Positions 8,845 through 16,763 of a stretch of 22,044 bases of DNA are shown here, piece after piece (the first letter of the stretch is position 1; each line of letters opens with the position of its first letter). The notes beneath the pieces are model-generated. The model did no database searches, was not told the DNA's origin, and saw only the letters and a program-made list of their open reading frames with translations. The DNA lies in contig JAVYWZ010000013.1 in NCBI GenBank assembly GCA_038877255.1, positions 1-22,044 of the forward strand, read 5' to 3'. The stretch is from Candidatus Micrarchaeaceae archaeon. Lineage in GTDB: Archaea; Micrarchaeota; Micrarchaeia; Micrarchaeales; CABMGC01. Position numbers and translations under genes: made by a program.

Positions 8845-9720
8845 ACGGAGCAACAAGTAAAACAAATTTACACATCTGGCGTAAAACCGGTATGGTGCCC
8901 TGGCTGCGGCGATTACGGCGTAGAAGCAGCAGTGCTCAAAGCACTCAACGATCTAGGCATTGATAAAAGCAAAATAATGATAGTATCGGGCATAGGCTGC
9001 AGTTCGGCAATGCCGCACGTTTTCAGCACTTATGGAATACACAGCCTGCACGGCCGTGTTCTGCCTGTTGCAACAGGGGCAAAACTGGCAAACGATGAGC
9101 TTACAGTAATAGGCACCGCTGGAGATGGAGACGCATATGGCATAGGCGTAGCACACCTCATACATGCTGCGAGGAGGAATATAGACATTACCTATGTTGT
9201 GATGAACAATGAAATATACGGTTTGACAACGGGCCAGGCATCTCCCACGAGCCTTATCGGCGCAAAGACAAAGTCAACGCCATTCGGCGATATAGAAGAA
9301 CCAGTAAATCCAATAGCGCTTGCGCTGAGCGCAGGTGCCACGTATGTTGCAAGAGGCTTCTCAGGCGAGCCTACGCATCTTGCCGAATTGATAAAACAAG
9401 GCATACTGCACAAGGGGTTTGCGCTAATAGATGTGTTCAGCCCGTGCGTCACGTTCAACATGCTAAATACATATGATTGGTTCAGGCAAAGAGTGTACAA
9501 GCTAGAAGCGCAGCACGACACGAGCAACATAGCAAGCGCATTTGACAAGGCAACAGAGGCAGAAAGAAGCGACTGGAGCAAAATACCCATAGGCATATTC
9601 TACAAGGCAAACAAACCCACATATTCTGAGCTTGACGTAACGCTCAAGAACGGCATCCTGGCAAAGCAGCAACAGCATACAGTACAGCAAGTGCAGGAGC
9701 TTCTTGATGAATATTTATAA
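8845..9720 (+). CDS. 2-oxoacid:ferredoxin oxidoreductase beta subunit (TPP-binding); probable ACG start
   Basis: Frame extends upstream of 8932 through the conserved WCPGCGDY to an in-frame TAA at 8833. Also [35 protein letters not shown]. Confidence 0.9.
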   Translation, partial: TEQQVKQIYTSGVKPVWCPGCGDYGVEAAVLKALNDLGIDKSKIMIVSGIGCSSAMPHVFSTYGIHSLHGRVLPVATGAKLANDELTVIGTAGDGDAYGIGVAHLIHAARRNIDITYVVMNNEIYGLTTGQASPTSLIGAKTKSTPFGDIEEPVNPIALALSAGATYVARGFSGEPTHLAELIKQGILHKGFALIDVFSPCVTFNMLNTYDWFRQRVYKLEAQHDTSNIASAFDKATEAERSDWSKIPIGIFYKANKPTYSELDVTLKNGILAKQQQHTVQQVQELLDEYL

Positions 9721-9734
9721 CACAAGGCAATTGC

Positions 9735-10787
9735 ATGGCAGGCATTGTTGGATATGGCGCGTATGTGCCTAAGTACCGCATAAAAGTAGAAGAGATAGCG
9801 AGGATGTGGGGCGAAGACGCAGAATCGGTAAAATCAGGGCTTAATATCGTTGAGAAGAGTGTGCCAGGAATAGATGAAGACTCTGCAACGATAGCAGTTG
9901 AAGCAGCAAGACGCGCAGTAAAGCACGCTGGAATTGACGCAGAGGAGATAGGAGCAATATATGTTGGCTCAGAATCGCCGCCTTATGCTGTTAAGCCAAC
10001 TGCAAGCATAGTTGTAGAAGCAATAGGAACTGGCCCTAACACTATGGCTTCAGACCTTGAGTTTGCTTGCAAAGCGGGCACAGACGGCATTCAGATAGTA
10101 ATGGCTCAAGTAGACAGCGGCATGATAAAATATGGGATGGCTATCGGCTCAGACACATCTCAGGGCAGGCCAGGCGACGCGCTAGAATATACGGCAAGCG
10201 CAGGAGGCGGCGCAATGATAATAGGCAATAAGAAGAGCGAAGTTATAGCAGACATAATAAAAACAATAAGCTATGTTACTGACACGCCTGATTTCTGGAG
10301 GAGAGACGGAGCTAAATATCCTTCGCATGGTGGCAGGTTCACTGGCGAGCCGGCATATTTCAAGCACATAATAAACGCGACAAAGCTGCTTTTTGAAAGC
10401 ACAGGCTTTAACGCAGGCGATTTTGCATACGCTGTGTTCCACCAGCCAAACGGCAAATTCCCGCTTATTGCGGCAAGGCAGCTGGGATTTTCAGATGAGC
10501 AGGTTATTCCAGGATTGCTAACCCCGAGAATAGGAAATACATACTCTGGAGCTTCAATGCTTGGCTTAGCAGCAGCGCTTGACAGAGCAAAGCCAGAAGA
10601 TAAAATACTCGTTACAAGCTTCGGCTCGGGCGCCGGGAGCGATTCTTTCGCGATAGAGGTTAAGGAACCGATAGAAGAGAAGAAGGGCAGAATTGAAGAA
10701 ACAGTGGAGCACATGATCAATACAGACAAGATATATCTAGACTACGCCGCGTATTTGAAGAACCGCGGCGCAATAGAAAAGGCATAG
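9735..10787 (+). CDS. Hydroxymethylglutaryl-CoA synthase (archaeal)
   Basis: [18 protein letters not shown] (catalytic Cys), [25 protein letters not shown]. Confidence 0.95.
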   Translation: MAGIVGYGAYVPKYRIKVEEIARMWGEDAESVKSGLNIVEKSVPGIDEDSATIAVEAARRAVKHAGIDAEEIGAIYVGSESPPYAVKPTASIVVEAIGTGPNTMASDLEFACKAGTDGIQIVMAQVDSGMIKYGMAIGSDTSQGRPGDALEYTASAGGGAMIIGNKKSEVIADIIKTISYVTDTPDFWRRDGAKYPSHGGRFTGEPAYFKHIINATKLLFESTGFNAGDFAYAVFHQPNGKFPLIAARQLGFSDEQVIPGLLTPRIGNTYSGASMLGLAAALDRAKPEDKILVTSFGSGAGSDSFAIEVKEPIEEKKGRIEETVEHMINTDKIYLDYAAYLKNRGAIEKA

Positions 10788-10795
10788 GTGCTAGT

Positions 10796-11959
10796 ATGAG
10801 AGATGTTGCTATAATAGGCGTTGGGCTTACTAAGTTTGGAGAGAGATGGGAATCCGGGCTCAAGGAGCTTATGGCTGAAGCTGGGCTTGCTGCTCTTGAA
10901 GATGCCAACATTACAAGCAAAGAAATACAGGCCATTTACGGCGGCAGCATGACTCCAGGCAGATTTACTGGCCAAGAGCACATAGCTGCGCTAATGGCAG
11001 ATCAACTTGGCCTTGGCAATATACCTGCAACGCGCGTAGAGAACGCGTGCGCAAGCGGCGGCACAGCGCTCAGGCAAGGGTACATGGCAGTAGCTAGCGG
11101 CCTGCACGATATAGTAGTAGTCGGCGGCGTAGAGAAAATGACCGATGTCGGCACTGACGGCGCAACAACTGCGCTTGGCGGTGCAGGCGACCAAGAATGG
11201 GAGCTCTCGCAGGGCATAACGTTCCCAGGCCTTTATGCGCTTATGGCAAAGAGGCATATGCATGACTATGGCACAACAGAAGAGCAGCTTGCCGCTGTTG
11301 CTGTAAAGAACCATGAAAATGCATACAAAAACAAGTATGCACAGTTCCACAAGCGCATAACTATTGAAGAGGTGCTAAATTCAAAGCTTGTTGCTGATCC
11401 TTTGAAGCTCCTTGACTGCTCGCCTATAACAGACGGCGCAGCTGCAATTGTTTTGGCACCGCTCGATACCGCAAAGAAGTACAACGACACGCCCATAAAG
11501 ATAGCTGCTAGCGAACAGGCAAGCGACACGCTAAGGCTTGCTGACAGAGATGACATAACAGGCATAAAGGCAGCGAGGATTGCTGCGCAGAATGCGTACA
11601 AGCACGCCGAAGTATCGCCAAAAGACATAAAAGTAGCAGAGGTTCACGACTGCTTCACAATAGCCGAGATAATGGCTATGGAAGACCTTGGCTTCTTCAA
11701 GAAGGGCGAGGCAGCAAAGGCAATAGAAGAAGGCCAAACTGCAATAAACGGTGTTGTATCAGTAAACACTAGCGGCGGCCTAAAGGGCTGCGGCCATCCT
11801 GTAGGTGCAACTGGCATAAAGCAGGCAGTCGAGATAACATGGCAGTTGCGCGGCGAAGCTGAAGGCAGGCAAGTTAGCGGTGCAGAAATAGGCCTTACGC
11901 ACAATGTAGGTGGCAGTGGCGCAACAGCAGTTGTGCACATACTCAAAAGGATAAACTAG
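10796..11959 (+). CDS. Acetoacetyl-CoA thiolase (archaeal SCP2-type)
   Basis: [32 protein letters not shown]. Confidence 0.95.
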   Translation: MRDVAIIGVGLTKFGERWESGLKELMAEAGLAALEDANITSKEIQAIYGGSMTPGRFTGQEHIAALMADQLGLGNIPATRVENACASGGTALRQGYMAVASGLHDIVVVGGVEKMTDVGTDGATTALGGAGDQEWELSQGITFPGLYALMAKRHMHDYGTTEEQLAAVAVKNHENAYKNKYAQFHKRITIEEVLNSKLVADPLKLLDCSPITDGAAAIVLAPLDTAKKYNDTPIKIAASEQASDTLRLADRDDITGIKAARIAAQNAYKHAEVSPKDIKVAEVHDCFTIAEIMAMEDLGFFKKGEAAKAIEEGQTAINGVVSVNTSGGLKGCGHPVGATGIKQAVEITWQLRGEAEGRQVSGAEIGLTHNVGGSGATAVVHILKRIN

Positions 11960-11966
11960 TGATATT

Positions 11967-12362
11967 ATGGAAAAATCACCTGCTGATCTGTGGAGAAAGA
12001 TAAGAACAAGATACATGCTTGTAGGCAGTGTATGCGAAAACTGCGGAACAAAGTACTTTCCGCCCAGAGCAGTCTGTAAAAAATGCGGGAGAAATACAAA
12101 AATGAAAGAATACGTATTTTCTGGAAGAGGAGAAGTGTACTCTTTCACCAAGATAAGGGCGCCTACAGAAGAGTTTGAAGACATTGCGCCTTATATGATA
12201 GCCTTGATAAAGCTTGACGAAGGGCCCATAGTAGAGGCGCACGTTGTTGAGAGCGCAAAACCAATAGACATAGGAACAAAGGTCAGGCTCGTGTTCAGGA
12301 AGATGTACGAAGAAGGAGATGAAGGCCTTATTCATTACCAGTACAAATTTGAGCCCGTGTAA
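11967..12362 (+). CDS. DUF35 Zn-ribbon/OB-fold protein (scaffold of the thiolase/HMGS complex)
   Basis: CENCG..YFPPRAVCKKC, OB-fold region, GLIHYQYKF. Canonical third gene of the cluster. Confidence 0.92.
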   Translation: MEKSPADLWRKIRTRYMLVGSVCENCGTKYFPPRAVCKKCGRNTKMKEYVFSGRGEVYSFTKIRAPTEEFEDIAPYMIALIKLDEGPIVEAHVVESAKPIDIGTKVRLVFRKMYEEGDEGLIHYQYKFEPV

Positions 12363-12438
12363 CTATACAGAACAATGACTAATGCACAACAGCACAACAG
12401 CATAACAGCGACTGAGATTGTCTCATGTTGATTGCTGA

Positions 12439-12747
12439 CTATTGCTTGAGCAGCTCGGTTATTTTTGAATGATCAGGAACTTGCTTGATCTCTATTTTTA
12501 GCGAGCTGAGATTGTCTCGCATACGCTCGCCGAGCTCAGTGCAAAAGACTATTTGCGCCTTATTTTGCACAAGAAACTTAAGAAGCATGCCATGCCCACT
12601 CTGATCGCTCTCTGCTTTGTTGTGCGGGTTTTCCACAAACTTTATGCCTTGCGCTCCTGCTTCTGTGTCTGCTATCGCAAAATACTGCGCTCTGCCGAAG
12701 TGCTCAGATATATGTTCTTTGTCATCTGTAGGTATGCATACTATCAT
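12439..12747 (-). CDS. NifB/NifX-family (dinitrogenase FeMo-cofactor domain) protein
   Basis: MIVCIPTD...ISEHFGRAQYFAI...ENP...GHG pattern. Start reassigned to ATG at 12747. Confidence 0.85.
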   Translation of the reverse strand: MIVCIPTDDKEHISEHFGRAQYFAIADTEAGAQGIKFVENPHNKAESDQSGHGMLLKFLVQNKAQIVFCTELGERMRDNLSSLKIEIKQVPDHSKITELLKQ

Positions 12748-12784
12748 GCTATCACTATTCAAACAGAAACAAATTATTTTAAAG

Positions 12785-12899
12785 CGCCAGGACTGGGATT
12801 TTCACAGCGAAGCTGTTTTGAACCCAGAAGGCTCGGAAGAGCCATACGCTACCTAGAAATTCTCCAGGCGTACGCGTTACCGGATTCCGCCATCCTGGC
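12785..12899 (-). tRNA. tRNA-Ser(GGA) with two introns (37/38 at 12851-12861; 59/60 at 12799-12816)
   Basis: Acceptor GCCAGGA/TCCTGGC+G, anticodon stem TACGC/GCGTA, long variable arm GGCTC-TTCC-GAGCC, T stem CTGGG/CCCAG. Removing both inserts restores 7-nt loops. Confidence 0.92.
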
Positions 12900-13005
12900 T
12901 CAATACAGCTGCGCAAAAGAAATTAATAACACTTTCCTGTGTAATTTGCAACGAATCAACAAACAGGTTTTATAATTATACCATGCTAATTTTATCTGTG
13001 TATTC

Positions 13006-14454
13006 ATGGTAGAGAAAGACAGGGTTGAAAAGCTAGAGAAGCTTAAAAGCAAGGGCATAAACCCTTATCCTTACTCTTATGAGCAGACACACCATGCAGA
13101 AGAGATAAAAAATAAGTATCAAGACTTAGAGGGCAAAAAAGTAAAAGTAGCAGGAAGAATAATAGGAGAGCGCGAGATGGGCAAGCTCCACTTCTATGAC
13201 TTACTCGATTCCAGCAGCAAGATACAGATAATGGTAAGGGCAAACGTTGCTAGCAAGCAATCGATAGACATGCTTAAGCTGCTTGACGTTGGCGACATAA
13301 TAGGAGTGGAAGGAGCTGTTACAAAGACCCAGAAAGGTGAGATAAGCGTTGATGCAAAAGAGATAACGGTTCTTGCAAAATCCCTTAGCAGCTTGCCCGA
13401 AAAATTCCATGGGCTAAAAGACACTGACATACGCTATAGAAAAAGGTATTTAGACCTTATAGTAAACCCCGAAGCAAGAAAGATTTTCAGAACAAGGACT
13501 AAAATCACAGATTATATAAGAAATTTTCTTAATGAGAGAGGCTTCTTAGAGGTAGAAACACCAATTTTGCAGCCAGTATATGGGGGCGCTACTGCAAAGC
13601 CATTCAAAACCCACCACAATTACCTTGGCGTGGACATGTACCTACGCATAGCTGACGAGCTTTACCTTAAGAGGCTCATTATAGCTGGGCTTGAGCGCGT
13701 ATACGAATTCTCAAGAGACTTCAGGAATGAAGACGTAGACTCTGAGCACAACCCTGAATTTACAATGCTTGAATTTTACCAAGCATATGGCGATTACAGC
13801 ACGTTCATGCAGCTTACGGAAGAGCTTCTAAGTGGCCTTGTCAAAAGCCTTTACGGCACTTACAAGATAGAATACCAAAGCAATAGCATAAACTTTGAAC
13901 CACCATTCAAAAGGATATACTTCGTTGACGAAATAATGAAGCAATCGGGAATAGACATTACTGCTCTTACAGATGACAATGCAGAAGAGATAATAAAGAA
14001 AGAGCAGCTTGAAACCTCAATACATAATGCCTATCACGTAGCTGATGCGCTGTTTGACAAATACATAAAGCCATTGACAAAGGACCCTACTTTTGTGCTT
14101 GACTACCCTTCATTTATGTGCCCTCTTACAAAAGACAAGCGCGGTAATAGCAAGCTGAGCGAAAGGTTCGAACTTTTTGTAACAGGCAAAGAGATAGCAA
14201 ATACATATTCGGAGCTTACAGACCCGATTGAGCAGAGAAGCAAGTTTGAGGAGCAAGATGCTGAAAGAAGGAAAGGCGATCCTGAGGCGCCGCCAAGCGA
14301 CGATGATTTCTTAGAAGCCATAGAATACGGCATGCCTCCAACAGCAGGCATAGGCATAGGCATAGACAGGCTTGTCATGCTTCTAACTAATTCGCCTTCA
14401 ATAAAAGAGGTAATCTTATTCCCTACGGTAAAGCCCACACAGCAAGAAAGCTAA
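13006..14454 (+). CDS. lysS: Lysine--tRNA ligase, class II
   Basis: OB domain VAGRI...MGK, YRKRYLDL, EVETPIL, LRIADELYLKRL, FRNE, HNPEFTMLE, GMPPTAGIGIGIDRL. Confidence 0.97.
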   Translation: MVEKDRVEKLEKLKSKGINPYPYSYEQTHHAEEIKNKYQDLEGKKVKVAGRIIGEREMGKLHFYDLLDSSSKIQIMVRANVASKQSIDMLKLLDVGDIIGVEGAVTKTQKGEISVDAKEITVLAKSLSSLPEKFHGLKDTDIRYRKRYLDLIVNPEARKIFRTRTKITDYIRNFLNERGFLEVETPILQPVYGGATAKPFKTHHNYLGVDMYLRIADELYLKRLIIAGLERVYEFSRDFRNEDVDSEHNPEFTMLEFYQAYGDYSTFMQLTEELLSGLVKSLYGTYKIEYQSNSINFEPPFKRIYFVDEIMKQSGIDITALTDDNAEEIIKKEQLETSIHNAYHVADALFDKYIKPLTKDPTFVLDYPSFMCPLTKDKRGNSKLSERFELFVTGKEIANTYSELTDPIEQRSKFEEQDAERRKGDPEAPPSDDDFLEAIEYGMPPTAGIGIGIDRLVMLLTNSPSIKEVILFPTVKPTQQES

Positions 14455-14585
14455 ATGACAAAAACAAGAAATAAAAATTAGAAACTGCACAGTGCGCTTG
14501 ATGCAATATAGCCAAAGGCGTGCTGCAAAAATTTTGCAGTGGCATTAGCAGCTATGTTATTGGAATCATTACTCTTATAGAGCTG

Positions 14586-14659
14586 CGGGCCTGGAGGGAT
14601 TTGAACCCTCGACTTAGAGGTTAAAAGCCTCCCACTCTGCCATGCTGAGTTACAGGCCC
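14586..14659 (-). tRNA. tRNA-Lys(TTT)
   Basis: GGGCCTG/CAGGCCC+G acceptor, ACTC/GAGT D stem, GGAGG-CTTTTAA-CCTCT, GAGGG-TTCAAAT-CCCTC. Confidence 0.95.
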
Positions 14660-14724
14660 ATGTTTAGAATTTATATTCGTCAACCATATATAATTTATGC
14701 TAGCATTGAATTTTGGGTAGTTGT

Positions 14725-15843
14725 ATGCCATATAAAGATGCGCTCGAGCAGCGCCTTGATGAACTCAGGGAAGAATACGCAAGAACAAAATACAATAAGG
14801 CAACTGACAAGCACCTGGGCCTGCTGAGAGCACGCATCGCTAAGACAAAACGCGAGATAGAAATAAGGTCTAGGAAGAAGCATGGCGCAGGCTTCGGTGT
14901 GAAAAAGGCAGGAGATGCGACAGTGGTGCTTGTGGGCTTTCCGAAAGCGGGCAAGTCTTCTTTGCTTAACGCACTTACTGGCACTGAATCAAAAGTTGCC
15001 GATTATGCGTTTACCACTCTGGATGTGATACCTGGCATGCTAACCTATTCCGGAGCAAGCATACAGCTGCTTGACCTGCCTGGAATAATAGAAGGCGCGC
15101 ACTTAGGCAGGGGTGAAGGCACTAAAATAGCTAGCATAATACGCTCTGCTGACCTGCTGCTTATAGTGATAGATGCCACAACTCCCAATCAGCTCGATAC
15201 CGTGCTAGATGAGCTTTACAAGCTAAACATACGTGTGAACAAGGACAGGCCAAATATAGCGTTCGAAAAGTCGAGCAGAGGCGGCATAATAGTGGAAGGC
15301 GCGATAGAACAGGCAAGCAGGAAAGAAATAGCAGAGGCGCTTATTGCCAGTGGAATTTATAATGCTAATGTTGCAGTGCTAAAACGCATGCCAAGCGATG
15401 AGATAATAGACTACTTGCTAGAGAACATAACCTATGTAAAGGGCATTATAGCGGTAAACAAAAGCGACATTATCGGCATTGATGCTGCAGAAAAGCTTGC
15501 GAATAGCATAAGCAGCAAGACTGGGCTTATTGCAGTGCCCGTGAGTGCTCAAAACGGCACAAATCTAGATATGCTTAAGGAAACGTTGTTTAGCAACTCT
15601 GACCTCATAAGAGTTTACCTAAAGCCCAAAGGCTCAGAAGCAGACATGAAAAAGCCGATGATAATAAAGAAGGGCGCAACAGTGTTTGGCGTAGCAAAAA
15701 AGCTTAATTCGAAAATAGCAAAATATCTGAAGCATGCATATATCACCGGACCGAGCTCAAAATTCGCAAACCAAAGAGTTGGAATCGAGCACGTTATGCA
15801 AGACGGCGACATTGCAACGCTCGTTTATGAAAAGCATCAGTAA
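14725..15843 (+). CDS. DRG/OBG-family GTP-binding protein with TGS domain
   Basis: NKATDKH, GFPKAGKSS, YAFTT, DLPG, NKSD, C-terminal TGS. Start taken at ATG 14725. Confidence 0.92.
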   Translation: MPYKDALEQRLDELREEYARTKYNKATDKHLGLLRARIAKTKREIEIRSRKKHGAGFGVKKAGDATVVLVGFPKAGKSSLLNALTGTESKVADYAFTTLDVIPGMLTYSGASIQLLDLPGIIEGAHLGRGEGTKIASIIRSADLLLIVIDATTPNQLDTVLDELYKLNIRVNKDRPNIAFEKSSRGGIIVEGAIEQASRKEIAEALIASGIYNANVAVLKRMPSDEIIDYLLENITYVKGIIAVNKSDIIGIDAAEKLANSISSKTGLIAVPVSAQNGTNLDMLKETLFSNSDLIRVYLKPKGSEADMKKPMIIKKGATVFGVAKKLNSKIAKYLKHAYITGPSSKFANQRVGIEHVMQDGDIATLVYEKHQ

Positions 15844-15931
15844 AACAACAGAGTAAGAAGCATCGACGCCATTGCTTGCTTATTGGTGTGAGCTTCTTTG
15901 TAAGAATTAGGTTAGAATTAGGCGAATAAAG

Positions 15932-16003
15932 CGCCCTGAGTCGGGATTGAACCGACGACCTACCGGTTAACAGCCGGTCGCTCTACCACTGAGCTATCAG
16001 GGC
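15932..16003 (-). tRNA. tRNA-Asn(GTT)
   Basis: GCCCTGA/TCAGGGC+G, GCTC/GAGC, ACCGG-CTGTTAA-CCGGT, GTCGG-TTCAATC-CCGAC. Confidence 0.95.
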
Positions 16004-16042
16004 ACCAACATTTACGCATGAACATATTTTATCTCTTTTTAT

Positions 16043-16244
16043 AAAAGTGAGCTGAAACCTATCATTCAGATAGTGGCTTCGAGCGAAACTTGAAATGCGT
16101 ATAAATTTTGATGCATAAAACTATAACCATTATTGTAATGAAAACTGCATATAAATACCGTGCATATCCTTCAATGGAGCAAAAGGAAAATTAAATAGCA
16201 GATGTTCCTCGCAGCTCCAGCCTTCAGTTTGGAGCGTATTTTAC
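16043..16244 (+). mobile_element. Non-autonomous miniature IS200/IS605 element, copy A3
   Basis: After TTAT (16039-16042). Left hairpin CTATC-ATTCA-GATAG. ATG 16138 reads MKTAYKYRAYPSMEQKE (TnpB N-terminal HTH_OrfB-like). Right hairpin CTCCAGC-CTTCA-GTTTGGAG then CGTATTTTAC. Confidence 0.82.
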
Positions 16245-16759
16245 TTTTTACTTTCCAATCTGAAAACAAGCCTTGCTTCTTCTGGCGAAACCCGCCGCGC
16301 ATCTATCAACTTGAGTCCTTTTTCAAAATCTTTTCCCTCGAAAAGCCTTATGCCTTTTGTAACGAGCTGGGGCTCAACGTCAAGAATCAGCTCGTCAACT
16401 ACGCCTTGCTTTATGAAACTTGCGTTCACGTGGCCTCCGCCTATTACCAGCGCCTCGCTGAAGCCTTTCTGCTCAAGCATTTTCAGCACTTGCCTTGGCG
16501 ACTTGCCCGTGAAAACAACCTTGCTGCCCCACTTGTTTTTGATTTTTCTTTTTGTCATGACTACATTTAGGCAATTGTAAGGAAACTTGCCTTTCTTGAA
16601 CAGCGCTTCGTATGCGCGCCTGCCCATTATGCAGTTTCCTATGTCGTATGCCTTTTCCATCATACCCTGCCATTCTGTGCTAGTTATGAAGTCAAGCCTG
16701 TCTCCTGATTTCGCAATCATACCGTTAGGCGTAATTGCAGCGTACATAATTACTTTCAC
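16241..16759 (-). CDS. Dihydrofolate reductase / RibD C-terminal family protein
   Basis: YAAITPNGMIA, IMGRRAY, VIGGG, VDELILDVEP...GIRLF. GTG start after GAGGTGA, which overlaps the polX stop. Confidence 0.85.
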   Translation of the reverse strand: MKVIMYAAITPNGMIAKSGDRLDFITSTEWQGMMEKAYDIGNCIMGRRAYEALFKKGKFPYNCLNVVMTKRKIKNKWGSKVVFTGKSPRQVLKMLEQKGFSEALVIGGGHVNASFIKQGVVDELILDVEPQLVTKGIRLFEGKDFEKGLKLIDARRVSPEEARLVFRLESKK

Positions 16760-16763
16760 AAAA

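Noticed and set aside
12384..12424. GCACAACA-like 8-bp tandem x3 and CTGAGATTGTCTC repeated at 12506-12518
   Set aside because: Short slippage-type repeats with no further structure.
15863..15896. Possible fourth family B relic (minus strand AGAAGCTCA...AAGCA...TGGCGT)
   Set aside because: Too short and gapped, and lacks the AAGTCT and terminal TCAC parts.
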